A stretch of DNA of 64,000 nucleotides from Octopus bimaculoides (Eukaryota): the NCBI RefSeq assembly GCF_001194135.2, contig NC_068994.1, forward strand, positions 16,587,416 through 16,651,415, read 5' to 3'. Under the pieces are notes generated by a model. That model was given only the letters and a program-made list of their open reading frames with translations. It made no database searches and had not been told where the DNA came from. Position numbers and translations under genes: made by a program. Positions 11,428-24,892 of this stretch are shown piece by piece (positions within the stretch are counted from its first letter, which is position 1; each line of letters begins with the position of its first letter).

Positions 11428-12254
11428 TGTACAGTACCTTGGACAAGTATTTTCTGCTATAGCCCTGGGCAGACTAATGTCTTGTGAGTGACTTGGAAAC
11501 CGTGTTGAAGCCTATTGTATATAGATATATATACATGTGTGTGTGCTAGTCCCACCACCACCACTTGATAACTGGTGTTAATTTGCTTGTGTCCCTGTAA
11601 CTTAGTGGTTCAACAAAAGAGACCAATAGACTAAGTACCAGAATTAAATTAGTACTGGGATTGATTTGTTTGACCAAACCCTTCAAATTGAATGACCTAG
11701 TATGGCTGCAATCCAATGACTGAAACAAGTAACAGATAAAAACCTGGTGCATGCACACCATCGGCAATATATTTAAACATTTCACACAGGACAAATTTCC
11801 CAACATATTGATATGTAAATCAGCAAGTCTTTCTAATACAGCTGTTCTTTCACTTCCAGTAGATACATATCTTTGACAGTCTAGTGGTAACAATTTCCAA
11901 GGAAAACTTCTACATGGTCCACAGACATGCTAGAAAAAGCAACCAAATCTTCCACAAATCACACCCTACCATCTTAAAAATAAAAAAAGACATACTAGAT
12001 AAAGCTGTCCTGAACTCCTTGCACATAGGGAAAAAAAAAAAAAAAGACTGGATAGTCAGAGATGGATTGCCTTTGATCATACATCTGCTAAATCAGAAGT
12101 GTGCTGGAGTGAAGCAACTGAATCATGAACAGTAATAAACCTTGACTACTGGTACATCACATTGGCTATTTAAACTCCTCAACAAGAAGTTAGAAATCAA
12201 ACATCTTAACTTCACAGTCAGTGAGTTTATGGATAAAGTTATATTTCTTACAGT

Positions 12255-12643
12255 GGAGGCGCAATGGCCCAGTCGTTAGGGCAGCGGACTCGCGGTCATA
12301 GGATCGCGGTTTCGATTCCCAGACCGGGCGTTGTGAGTTTTTATTGAGTGAAAACACCTAAAGCTCCACAAGGCTCCGGCAGGGGATGGTGGCGAACCCT
12401 GCTGTACTCTTTCACTGCAACTTTCTCTCACTCTTACTTCCCGTTTCTGTTGTGCTTGTAATTCAAAGGGTCGGCCTTGTCACACTGTGTCACACTGAAT
12501 ATCCCCGAGAACTACGTTAGGGGTACACGTGTCTGTGGAGTGCTCAGCGATTTGCACGTTAATTTCATGAGCAGGCTGTTCCGTTGATTGGATCAACTGG
12601 AACCCTCGACGTCGTAAGCTACGGAGTGCCAACAACAACGACA
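12255..12643 (+). mobile_element. Full-length tRNA-derived SINE with (CAA)n tail and TSD
   Basis: ggaggcgcaatggcccagtcg (A box), ggtttcgattccc (B box), ...gagtgccaacaacaac. The duplication atatttcttaca lies on both sides. Confidence 0.85.
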
Positions 12644-13614
12644 ATATTTCTTACAATAAGAATATCAAAACTTTCTTAGGCTTAAGCTTTTGAAGAAATT
12701 GTAAGCAATATTGAAGACATGACCTATGATTGTATTTGAGGGTTGTGTACCCCTTCTTTATTCTGGTGGTAGTAACAAGACCAGACGATACAGATATACC
12801 CAGTAATTTTAACTACTTGTTTATCCAAAGCATTTTCATAAATTTATCTCAAATGGTCATGCTTGTTTTCATAAAGCTTTCCTTTCATAAGACACAAGTT
12901 ACTCTAATGGTTGAAAAAAATTGGGTGTTTGTCAAGTATGGTACACAGATTCTAAGGAATATGTCCTGTATTTCATGTGATACACAAGACAAGGAAAGGT
13001 TTACAGCTTAGCTAGAGGAAGATTTATTAATGGCAAAGCACAAGAGCTGAGAATATAAGATCACAGACTAAAACCTTTGGCATTTATTTACTTATGCTCT
13101 GACATAAAAGAAAAAGACTAGTTTGATCTAATGGATGAACCTGCTAGAAACAGTAGCTACTTCTCATTCAAAGGAAAATCCCCAACAATTTTCAACAAGG
13201 AAGGATATGGATAATGTAGACATAGATACTCCAAATAAAATATGGTGGTCAAGGTTGGAATGTTTTTTAATGTAAGCCTGTTCTGTCAGGGTGAAATGGA
13301 GTTAAACAACAAATAGCAACAATAGCTGGTTAAAAGGTATTACCAATCCAATTACTTTTAAGAAACAACTCTTTGGCCTCGTGTTAACAGGTCACATGAT
13401 GAGTGGGAAGCATCATGTGTACTGTTGGTGAATTTCAGGAAGCATGGAGGTTTTGAAGGATGTAGTGCCTTGACAGGTAACAACTGATGTGAGTAGATAG
13501 AATTTGGCTCTTGCCATTTCTCTGAGATCACATTATGCAAACTCCTATATCTAAGTTTCAGTGTATTCAAGAAGACTAAGTTATAATACATAACCAAGTG
13601 AATACTCTTTACTC

Positions 13615-14020
13615 TTACTCTTTTACTTGTTTCAGTCATTTGACTGCGGCCATGCTGGAGCACCGCCTTTAGTCGAATCAAATCAACCCCAGGACTTATT
13701 CTTTGTAAGCCTAGTACTTATTCTATCGGTCTCTTTTTGCCGAACTGCTAAATTACGGGGACGTAAACACACCAGCATCGGTTGTCAAGTGATGGTGGGG
13801 GGACAAACACAGACACAAACATAAACAAACACACATATATATATATATACATATATATGACAGGCTTCTTTCAGTTTCCGTCTACCAAATCCACTCACAA
13901 GGCTTTGGTCAGCCCGAGGCTATAATAGAAGATACTTGCCCAAGGTGCCACGAGTGGGACTGAACCTGGAACCATGTGGTTGGTAAGCAAGCTACTTACC
14001 ACACAGCTACTCCTGCACCT
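13615..14020 (-). mobile_element. tRNA-derived CORE-like SINE
   Basis: Highly similar to the 11045-11427 copy. Confidence 0.8.
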
Positions 14021-15218
14021 ATTTGTTTTCCTTTTTAATTTTTTTTTTTTTACTTTATAAATAAAAATAAATGGTTGAAGTTGCTCAGTAATCCTAATGG
14101 AATAAACCTGCAAAAGAGAAAGACCAAAGACGATGCAAAAAAAAAAAGTGGTAAAAGCTAATCATAGGAGGCTGAACTTCACAAAGGACTGTAACAAGTG
14201 GCAAGACACCTTGTTAAAGAAAACTGACTGCTCTACTTCATGCAGGCATGGAAAAACAAAGAAAAAGTAAAATGATGATGATGAAATATTACTTTTAAAC
14301 CATTAATGATTTCTAACATAGGTATAAAGCCTCAAATTTGTAGCCAATAATATCAACTCCAGTACTTGAGTGGTACTTTATTTGACCAACACCGAAAGTA
14401 TGGAATGTAAAAATCAGCCCCAGTGGAATTTGAACTCAAAATATAAATGGATGCATTTATGCAAGGTATTTTGGTCAACACTGTACTAATTCAGCCATGC
14501 TACTACCCCTTTAGCATTTAGACTGGCCATATCTGCCCTTTAGCATTTAGACTGGCCATATTTGGTACAAATATTCTACATGTTTTATGTTCAAGCTGGC
14601 CAGGTCCAGCCTCTAGCACCTACCTAGCAATATCACTCTAAAAATAAGCAATCACATCATTGAAATCTCAAAACTACAAGACAAAGCACGATTAATTCAA
14701 AACATCACATTCTAAATTTCATAAACCATGATTTAGATGGTGAATTTATTTTTTAAAAATAATTAAAATGCAAGTTAGTTTTAAATATGCACAAATTATT
14801 TTGTTTAGAAAAAAAACCCAGTTATTCCGACAATTTTGTAACGCACTGCAGTGCTTACTGTACATTTCAAAATTAGAGTTTTGTTATATATCTTCCATCA
14901 TCATTATTAGCAGATATAATGTTCAAGTTTAAAATTATATACATTTATTTGGAATGAATAATGAAAATATCTTCATGGAATAATTAGAATTTATCTAAAA
15001 TGTTAAAAAATTCCTCCTCTCAAGAATGAAAGACATTCTTTCAAATTAAATCATGTGTAATAGATATGAGGAAATTGGAGGGAGGGCCTCTTTTTTCTGT
15101 GTGAAGTTGATGAATGGACTGAGATGAGTTCTTGGTAGAATATACAGTTGGAGCCATTGTAAAGGAAGAAAATACTGTTCGATGAAATGGATTTGTATAA
15201 CCCAACGCAGTGAAATAT

Positions 15219-15650
15219 TTATTGTTCACAAGATTGTTTTAATCCAGAACCCATCCAGTCTGTGTTTTTGAACAATTCTTCCAAAGCCTCAAGTTCTTTG
15301 GGATCAATTGAAGAAGGAAGAGAATTTGGTTTACTATCACTGGTCTTTTCAGTATTTTCCTCATCACATTCATTATAACCACTATCACAATCACTACATT
15401 CTTTATCACTTCCATCCTCATCCTCGCTATCAAGCACAATTACAAATTTCTGGTACCATGCTTTCTGTTTATATGACTGCAACACATCAGGTTCTGAGGG
15501 AGAATTTACAGTATCAGAAGATAATTGCTTTGGCACTGGTTGGCATTGGTCACAGTCTTTTACAGAACTTTCACCATCCTGTGAACATTTATTGCACGTT
15601 GTTTGGTCAGCACCATTAGAAGGTTTGGTAATTTTTGTCTCTTCCGCCAT
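15219..15650 (-). CDS. Uncharacterised acidic, Cys-containing 143-aa protein (probable coding exon)
   Basis: Acceptor tgttcttcag|15660, then GTGCAAACAA ATG GCG (A at -3, G at +4). Non-repetitive ORF MAEETKITKP...FVIVLDSEDEDGSDKECSDCDSG...QSCEQ*. No family recognised. Further downstream exons cannot be excluded. Confidence 0.6.
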   Translation of the reverse strand: MAEETKITKPSNGADQTTCNKCSQDGESSVKDCDQCQPVPKQLSSDTVNSPSEPDVLQSYKQKAWYQKFVIVLDSEDEDGSDKECSDCDSGYNECDEENTEKTSDSKPNSLPSSIDPKELEALEELFKNTDWMGSGLKQSCEQ

Positions 15651-17497
15651 TTGTTTGCACCTGAAGAACAACAGAAATATAGAAATCATTTATTTCAATA
15701 TTTTCAGTGATTTAAAAATTTCTTGTTTTAGTTGTCCTTAATTTCTCTAATTCAAAGAACAAAACAAAAAATAAAAAGTAAAGAGATAAAGAAGCAGTAA
15801 TGAACAGTAATTTTTTTTTTTTTTTTCTTCTGGACTTCTGTTATCTTTGTACAGAAACTCATAAGCGTCATACCTAACGAATTAATATTTTTCCTTATGG
15901 GTTTCCCACCTATATTTTCCGTTTTCCTTTTATTGTCGCCTAACCCCACGCCAGCCCTCATTAAACAAACTTTGTTTTGCTCTTTCAGTCACTACTCAAC
16001 ATTCAGGACCATAGGTGAAGATAACCACATACACTAATTGATCCTTGTTATAAAAGAAAAATAAGAATAAAGGTACCTTAGTGTTTGCTATTTCCAACTA
16101 AAGTCATTTCTTTTGACTTTTGCTTCCTCACTCAGTAATCCATGTTTTTGAGTAGAAAAACAAGCAGCATCTACAATAGTGGTTCTATGGATCCCTTTGA
16201 TATCTATTTTACTCGGATAGACCCTTGTAACCATTCAATGTCTAAAAACTTATGTTTTTATAATTAAATACTATAAGAATTATTTCGTTTTTGGATTTGG
16301 TTTGCAAGATTTTTTATGTGATTTCGTGTGTTGAAGCATATTCTGTTGTGTCTGGGGAGAGTCATTTTCTTATTGTGCCTTAAAATTTAGAAATAAGTGG
16401 AAATTTTAACGGTGTGTGTGTTAAATTTTAAGGCACAATAAGAAAATGACTCTCCCCAGACACAACAGAATACTATAAGAATAGCATTAAAAAAATTGTT
16501 AAAACATTTTGTGTATTGTAGAAGTGTAACTAATTTATTGCACATAAACTTTAACAAAATCTTATATGGAAACCAAAGGGTCATATGGACCCCAGAGAGA
16601 ACAACTGATCTACGCAAATGTAAATATTTCCCACACATAGCAAGTAAATTGTCAAAGAGAGATAACTCTTATAATAACTGTGGGAGATGTAAGAGTAACA
16701 ACTAACCTTTATTTCAACTAATTCTTTAGATTTAGCCATTATAGAAGTTATATTATAGCTGAATAAATATTTCATCTTTTGTTTCAGTCACTGGACTGTG
16801 ACCATGCTAGGGCACCACTTTTCATCTAACAAATCGACCCAGTATTTATATTTTGTTTTTGTTTGATACTTATTCTATCAGTCTGTTTTGCCAAACTGCT
16901 AACTTATAGGAGCATAAACAAACCAACACCGGTTAACAAGTCGTGAAGGGTTGGGACAGAGAAACATATATTTAGGTTTCCACATAGTTTACCAAATTCA
17001 CTCACAAGCCATTGGTCAGCCCTTTTTTTTTTTTTTTTAATCTCCTTTGTAAAGTACAAATAAATTTCATTCAGATACTAGGCTACTAAGGAACTTCGCA
17101 TGAACCCTCAAATATTGACTTTTACATTTGTGTTAAACCACCATAATTGACTGGGTCAACACTAGCACATGACTTAGTTCATTGTTCCTGGGAGAAGAAA
17201 AAGGAAAATCAACACTGACAGGATTCAACTTAAAACATACAAAAACTAAATTCAATGTTATGTTCTTATCAAGCATTCAACTATTTTTGTTATGTCAGAT
17301 ATTGAAAAAAAAACCATTAAAGGCCTTTCTTCAGGATAATCTTTAGATACTTCGACTAGTTTCTTTTGTTGGACAATAACCATTCTACAACACAAACTTC
17401 AAGATTTGGTCAACCACATCAATCCTAGTACTCCAGTACTTTACATTAGATATTTCATCAACTCCACTTGTTGAACTTCTAGACTATTGATAGATAG

Positions 17498-17881
17498 TTG
17501 TTGTTGGCACTCCGTCGCTTACGACGACGAGGGTTCCAGTTGATCCGATCAACGGAACAGCCTGCTCGTGAAATTAACGTGCAAGTCGCTGAGCACTCCA
17601 CAGACACGTGTACCCTTAACGTAGTTCTCGGGGATATTCAGCGTGACACAGTGTGGCAAGGCTGACCCTTTGAATTACAGGCACAACAGAAACAGGAAGT
17701 AAGAGTGAGAGAAAGTAGTGGTGAAAGAGTACAGCAGGGTTCGCCACCATCCCCTGCCATAGCCTCGTGGAGCTTTAGGTGTTTTCGCTCAATAAACATT
17801 CACAACGCCCAGTCTGGGAATCGAAACCACGATCCTACGACCGCAAGTCCGCTGCCCTAACCATTCGGCCATTGTGCCTCC
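17498..17881 (-). mobile_element. Full-length tRNA-derived SINE, same family as 12255-12643
   Basis: Reverse complement of the 12.3 kb copy. Flanking duplication actattgatagatag / actatggatagatag. Confidence 0.85.
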
Positions 17882-17995
17882 ACTATGGATAGATAGGCAT
17901 ACAACATAACACTTGTTTTATTTAGATCAATGTAAACATAAACGTGGACACATGAGATTATGTGTGAGTGTGTGTGTGTGTGTATGAGTTTATTG

Positions 17996-18843
17996 TACAA
18001 GGTGGTATCAAAAGGTTTCTGGACTAGCTATGTTTAATAAAGAATAACTTATTTAATTAAGTTTTAACATCATCTCTTTCAAAATAGTTACAGCAATACA
18101 CCAGTCCTGGTGTTCCTGTCACTTTTGGAGTCTGGCTTGGAAGTCGTTTTCCAATAGAAAGTTGAGGAACTTCTGCAATTCACTCTGGATCTCGACAACG
18201 GTGTTAAAATAGCTGCATTTTCATCTTGGGGAAGAGCTACTAAATCTGGTGAATAGGGCAGGTGCAGAAGCAATGCCATGTTGTTTTTGGTAAGAAACTA
18301 ATGAGTGAGGAGAGCTCAGTAATAGGGTACATTGTCATCATGAAGAATCTGGTTGCTTTCGCCGAATGTCCTCACTCAAATGCTTCAAAGCATCACAGTA
18401 GATCGCTTGATTGATGGTCCAGCCCTGAGGATGAATTCTCAATGCCCAATGTCGCATTGCCAGGGGTGATGCTCATGGTAGGTCTTCCAGGGACATTCTT
18501 CTGTTTTTGAAGTGCCTGTGCCACTCGAAACATTGCACATGACCCATTGCCTCATCACCATAAGCTTGCCGAAGCATGCTCAATGTCTCTGTAGCAGACT
18601 TCCCAAGTTTAACACAAAATTTCACGTTGGCTCTTTGTTCCTGTCTGTGACAAATCGCAGAATTCATCATACATGTGATCCACAAAAACACAAATTTCAC
18701 AACTTGCAAAGTAAACACTGCAATGTCACTCAGCACACTGCCTCATGAAGGTCACTGCTAACTCTCACTGAACACGCAACTGTGTGCTGCCACCTGTTGG
18801 TGCACTACAGAACTAGTCCAGGAACTTTTTGATACCACTCCAT
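17996..18843 (-). mobile_element. Internally deleted, decayed mariner transposon
   Basis: TIRs tacaaggtggtatcaaaaggtttctggactag / ctagtccaggaactttttgataccactcca. N-terminal HTH EQRANVKFCVKLGKSATETLSMLRQAYGDEAM...FEWHRHFK and a YSPDL motif (LHLPYSPDLV). Confidence 0.9.
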
Positions 18844-21800
18844 AAAATGTGCTCGGGTGCACAATTTAGCAGAAAAGGGTAAAAGAGACAGAAAACAAGG
18901 GTTAAGATAATTAAGAAAAGACAATAACAACAGCCATAGTTACATGAAGAATACAGAGTATAAAACACAGCTACATGAAAAAGAGAATAGTAAAAGAGGT
19001 GTGTATGTGTGTAGTCACGGATGACTACCTAGCCCTAATTTAGTTTTAAGTTATTGTCTTTTATTTGTTTCAGTCACGAAACTGTGACCATGCTGGAGCA
19101 CCGCCTTAAAGAATTTTAATTCGAATGAATTGACCCCAGTACTTTTTTTTTTAAGCCTGGTACTTATTCTCTTGGCCCCTTTGCCAAACAAGCTAAGTTA
19201 TGGATATATAAACACACCAACACCAGTTGTCAAGTGGGGTGGGGACAAAAACAGACACAAAGTCACACACACACACATGACAGGCTTCTTTCTGTTTCCA
19301 TATTACCAAATCTACTCTCAAGGCTTCAGTCAGCCTGAGGCCATAGCAGAAGACACTCACCCAAGTTGCCATACAATGGGACTGAACTCAGAAGCAAGCG
19401 TCTTACCACACAGCCATACCTGCACCTATTATTACTATTTTTTTTGTGATGAATGTAGCATGGAATTTTGTCATGTATCTCATTAACAGCAACTCTGTTA
19501 TTGTGCATCTGTCTGAAATGGATTTTCAGTTCAGCAGTAACTAACACACATTTGGATGTAAAGGACAGCACTGTTCCAGTATAACTGTTGGCATAAAAGC
19601 ATCACGTGTTGGTCTTCAGCTGCAACCTTTCATGGATGGCATTTGAAAGTGTGATGTAACTATAAACAGTGCAATTGAGATCACCTCTTGATCTTCTACC
19701 ATATCAACATCATCAACATTTAATGTTTGTCTTCCATGCTGGCATGGCTTGGATGGCTTGACAGGAACTGGCAAGGCCTGGGTCCACACCAGGTTCCATA
19801 GTCTATTTCTATGGCTAGATGCCCTTCATAATACCAACCATTTCACAGAATGTATTGGGTGCTTTTATCATGATACCAACACCTACAGCAATGCTTGGGC
19901 ATTTTGATTTTTCTCAAACTTCACATTGTTCTTTTTGCTTGTATTCAGCACAAAATGTTACTAATTAACAGTGATAATATTCAAGGATTTAAGCATATAT
20001 TATTGTGGCATCATGAAATTTCATCTTTGGTTTGTACTGTGGACAGTTACTAAGAACTAATTCACCATGACATTTTAATTCAGGAGCCTGGAATTATCAA
20101 GATGAATGACATGACTAACCCGTCACATATGATGAGACAACCTGTATTTTCCAACTCTTTTGAGTCAGACATAAAAAATTTCCAGCTGATATCCAATATA
20201 TGCCTTGGACATTTCAAGTGATACCATTTAAGTGTTTTGATTTTTAACATTGATATGAGATCCTTGTCTCAGTTGAATAGAACAGAGATGTGATGATGCA
20301 AGACTTGGTGAAGAAGTCTGTGTGGGACCAGACTTGTTTCTCCAATGTCCCAAACCCAATTGTGAGGAAGAGAAGTCTGGCTTGGGAGCTCCAGGGTTCT
20401 GAAGAGTGTGGAACAACCTCTTAGGTCTACACTGATCCAGGGTAGTAGCACCTGTCAGGGTCTCAGCTATGAGTTAATTAGCCTATTAAGGTTTGCCCAC
20501 CAATGCAAATAAAGACTGGATCCAGCACACTGTGTGCAAGAAACCATCATAGATCAACAGAGGGGCGAAATGCTGCAGCAAGGCATTGAAGAGTGAAGAG
20601 CATAAGATGTGGATATCGTGGTCATCCACTGCATCTGTTTCCATCTCTTATCTTCTTGAACTGGTCTTGCCACTGGATTGAAGATGGTCACATATGACAG
20701 AGTGAAGTTGATGGTGCGCAACTATTCTTCACTTTAAACAAAGTCACCATGCTTTAAGGATGACTAGATGATCCTCATTACTCTGACAGACAAACATGAG
20801 TATGTGTGTGAAAGTACACACACACACACACACACATACACGTAGGGGGTTTGTATAGTTTATGTCTACCAAATTCCATCAAAAGAAAATATAACAACTG
20901 TTTGAAGAGTTGCTAAAATGCCAAGGGGAACCAATGTTAATAAAGTGCTAATAATGGTCATCTTTCTTAGATTGAAGAAACAGCAGCTGCAAGAAAAGCA
21001 ATGAAAATTACACATTATTTTGACTAACAACAAAAGCAATGTTTATTTGGCACATTATATGAAAGCAAAAATGCATTTTAAAAATTGATAAAATCGTTGG
21101 CAATTGACAGGAGACAGATGGGACAAATATTCTTTTAAAAATGAGATAAAAACGCTTCATATAAATATATATACGTACACGTACATACACGCGTGCGTGC
21201 TCTCCAATTTTTTTTTGTACTTTTTTAAATAAAAGGCATGGGGTGTGGTTAAGATGATCGCTTCACAACCACATAGCTTCGGGTTCAGTCTCACTGCACA
21301 GCACCTCAGACAAATGTCTTCAACTACTACAGCCGCAGGCTAACCAATGCCTTGTGAGTGAACTTGGTAGACGGAAACTGTGTGAAAGCCTGTCGAATTT
21401 GTATGTGCGCTTTTGTATTTGTGCCTTTCCCTGCCATTTGACAATTGGTGTTGATTTGTTTAAGTCTCTGTAACTTTGCAGTTCGACAAAAGAGACCAAT
21501 AGAATAAGTACTAGATTTTAAATATAAGTACTGGCGGTGACCCAGTATAGTCGCAGTCCAAGTTTTTTCTTTTTTTTTTTGGTGGGGGGACTAATGTATA
21601 GTCCTTCGACCTACAAGCAAATAAATAGCCAAATCAAATCATATACGACTGTCTTAAAAGAAAGGAGACACATTGTTTAGGATTATGTTATCCAATATCA
21701 GACCAAAAAAAAAGACTAGAATAGTAAGGCTGGACACATTCGGTCAGAAGTTTGTTCAGCGAGGGCTGAAAAGAGGTTAAGCAACAATAAAAAGGAAAAT

Positions 21801-22736
21801 AGAAAATATAGATGGGGAACCCGTAAGGGGAAATATTCATCCATTAGGTACGAAGGCTACGAACGTGTGGTAAAAGGGGAGAATTTATGTGATGTTCACA
21901 CATGTATTTGTAAACTGGGAAGACAGTTGTATGAAGATTGAGAAATGAAGTGAAATTATTCCTATTTACGACTAGGTCTACACTGCGTTCGACAAATGTC
22001 TTTGTTATGCGGGGCTGGGAATTTTGAAGGAAAAGGTTTTACGTCGCAATATCGGCTTCGCTCCACGTCGGTCACCACTGTATCAACAATAATGGTTTCT
22101 TTGTTTAGCATACAAGGAGGGTGTGGCCAATTATCGCAGAAATGGGGAAATGCTAATAGACCAGCTCAGCCATACACATAACAAGTACGTGGTCAGTAAA
22201 ACTTGGAGAAATTAAACACGAACCAGACCGTCGATTGGATTTGAACACTGAACCGAAATGACCGAAGTGGTCTTCTTTTTTTTTTTTTAATGTTATCAGC
22301 ATAATTGTAATCTACACCCTCGAAAAGTGTATCCCTGCAAAATTTCGTTTAAAAATATGTATTTTTTTCAGAAAGTTATTAGGAAACAAAGTCGATGGGA
22401 GGTACCTCTAGATATAGTAATGTATTCACTTATGACGCTTTAAATGATTCGGCTGTCTTTCAACCATTCTTTATTATTTTCACTGCCCTTAAACGAAAGC
22501 TACAATTGCATATAACATCCATGTAAGCATGACAAAAAAAGAATAATACACAAAACTGGTTGGTTCATTCACAAACGATAACAAAAGTGCCCGTTTAAAT
22601 TTGTATGACAAGCACTTGCTAACGATAACTGGCGTTACAGTTTAGAAATTTTGAGTTGGATGTTTTTTTTTTCATTTATATATAATCGAAAATTAAAATT
22701 TTGCAAATAAAATTATTAAATATTTGATGTGCTTAC

Positions 22737-22870
22737 CTTGGAATAATATACAATTAAAACAAAATACAACAGAGTAAGTAAGGCAGCGAAAGAGAGCACG
22801 GCGAGGTAGCAGAAACGACGGTTAGAAAAACAAACAAAAACAAAACACCGGTATTGTCTTGTTATAGCAC
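22737..22870 (-). other. Probable non-coding first exon of the 15.2-15.7 kb gene
   Basis: Strong donor TTCCAAG|gtaagc on the - strand (intron starts at 22736). Locally CpG-enriched, ATG-free segment. The link to the 15660 acceptor is inferred. Confidence 0.45.
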
Positions 22871-24892
22871 GCAGTTTAAAACTAGCCCGAGCGACAGGAT
22901 AGGGGATGCTGATTTTGTTTTTTGGTTATTTTAAATTTTCATCTTCCTTTCGTTGTTGTTTTTGCCTTCTAATAAGACCAGAGGAATATGAAATGAACTA
23001 AGGGAAGTAAGTCAAATGGACCAATGGCATGAAATTTGGAAAATCAAGTTATAGGATGAGGTACTGAATAAACTGCGCAAAAAAAAAAAATGAAAGTAAT
23101 TGAAATTTTCTTGTTAGATGGAAAAAGGAAATGAATTTAGACACACACAAGTGTGTGAGCCACCACCATCGAATTTGTTTCTTCATAACTTCCAGAAAAA
23201 TTGGTATTTTTTAAAGATTTTTTAAAAAAATTTTTTTTTTTTACAAATATACTTCAGTTGGTACAGATTGATTATAACGGAATTTCTTGGAAAATTTTTA
23301 AGGGGAGTGGGCGGGAAGGGGATTCTGAAAAATTCACAAAGGTCGGCTTTGTTTCCTCATAACTTTCAGAAAATAGGTGTCTTTTTTATGAAATTTTNNN
23401 NNNNNNNNNNNNNNNNNNNNNNNNNNNNNNNNNNNNNNNNNNNNNNNNNNNNNNNNNNNNNNNNNNNNNNNNNNNNNNNNNNNNNNNNNNNNNNNNNNNN
23501 NNNNNNNNNNNNNNNNNNNNNNNNNNNNNNNNNNNNNNNNNNNNNNNNNNNNNNNNNNNNNNNNNNNNNNNNNNNNNNNNNNNNNNNNNNNNNNNNNNNN
23601 NNNNNNNNNNNNNNNNNNNNNNNNNNNNNNNNNNNNNNNNNNNNNNNNNNNNNNNNNNNNNNNNNNNNNNNNNNNNNNNNNNNNNNNNNNNNNNNNNNNN
23701 NNNNNNNNNNNNNNNNNNNNNNNNNNNNNNNNNNNNNNNNNNNNNNNNNNNNNNNNNNNNNNNNNNNNNNNNNNNNNNNNNNNNNNNNNNNNNNNNNNNN
23801 NNNNNNNNNNNNNNNNNNNNNNNNNNNNNNNNNNNNNNNNNNNNNNNNNNNNNNNNNNNNNNNNNNNNNNNNNNNNNNNNNNNNNNNNNNNNNNNNNNNN
23901 NNNNNNNNNNNNNNNNNNNNNNNNNNNNNNNNNNNNNNNNNNNNNNNNNNNNNNNNNNNNNNNNNNNNNNNNNNNNNNNNNNNNNNNNNNNNNNNNNNNN
24001 NNNNNNNNNNNNNNNNNNNNNNNNNNNNNNNNNNNNNNNNNNNNNNNNNNNNNNNNNNNNNNNNNNNNNNNNNNNNNNNNNNNNNNNNNNNNNNNNNNNN
24101 NNNNNNNNNNNNNNNNNNNNNNNNNNNNNNNNNNNNNNNNNNNNNNNNNNNNNNNNNNNNNNNNNNNNNNNNNNNNNNNNNNNNNNNNNNNNNNNNNNNN
24201 NNNNNNNNNNNNNNNNNNNNNNNNNNNNNNNNNNNNNNNNNNNNNNNNNNNNNNNNNNNNNNNNNNNNNNNNNNNNNNNNNNNNNNNNNNNNNNNNNNNN
24301 NNNNNNNNNNNNNNNNNNNNNNNNNNNNNNNNNNNNNNNNNNNNNNNNNNNNNNNNNNNNNNNNNNNNNNNNATATATATATATATATATACACATATAT
24401 ACGATGGGCTTCTTTCAGTTTCCATCTACCAAATCCACTCACAAGGCTTTGGTCGGCCCGAGGCTATAATAGAAGACACTTGCCCAAGGTGCCACGCAGT
24501 GGGACTGAACCCGGAGCCATGTGGTTGGTAAGCAAGCTACTTACCACACAGCCAATCCCCCAAAAAAATGAAGAACAAACACAAGAAGAAAAAAACAACA
24601 GTGCAAGGACGTTGTACATGCAAAGTATTAGCAGATGCTAAGAGAAGGAAAGAAAGGTAGTTTTTATGTTTCGAGCAAAGCTCTTCATCAGCAACAGGAG
24701 ACGGAGGAGAGTACAAGAGAAAAGGAAGATGGAGGAAAAAAATCACCAATGATCCACATGTGGTTACATTTTGAACAAAAAATATATATATATACATATG
24801 TATGCATGCACATATGTATGCATGCACATATGTATATATATGTATAAATGCATTGAAATCTGGATAGACACTGAATTATTTAAATTATAATA

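Noticed and set aside
12255-12330. tRNA-like sequences with A and B boxes (also at about 7430-7506, 11350-11427, 17810-17881 and 26345-26405)
   Set aside because: They are SINE heads that continue into SINE bodies, have TSDs, and lack a complete cloverleaf, so they are not tRNA genes.
14487-14546. 29-bp tandem duplication ccctttagcatttagactggccatat
   Set aside because: A local duplication at the end of a piggyBac-like MITE copy; ordinary.
16073-16243. Possible extra - strand exon (tttag|ACATTG...CTAAG|gtacct) of the orphan gene
   Set aside because: All three frames contain stops and the donor is weak. It could only be a UTR exon, and the sequence alone does not support calling it.
20230-20770. 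Possible decayed LINE RT fragment on the - strand
   Set aside because: Only a faint resemblance (FGTLEKQVW...TK...LFYSTET); too degraded to call without a search.
23268-24641. Long ORFs of 200-457 aa in the track (also at 6.4-7.2, 35.8-37.7, 43.5-43.9 and 46.5-47.9 kb)
   Set aside because: Their length comes from N runs translated as X; the flanks are repeats.
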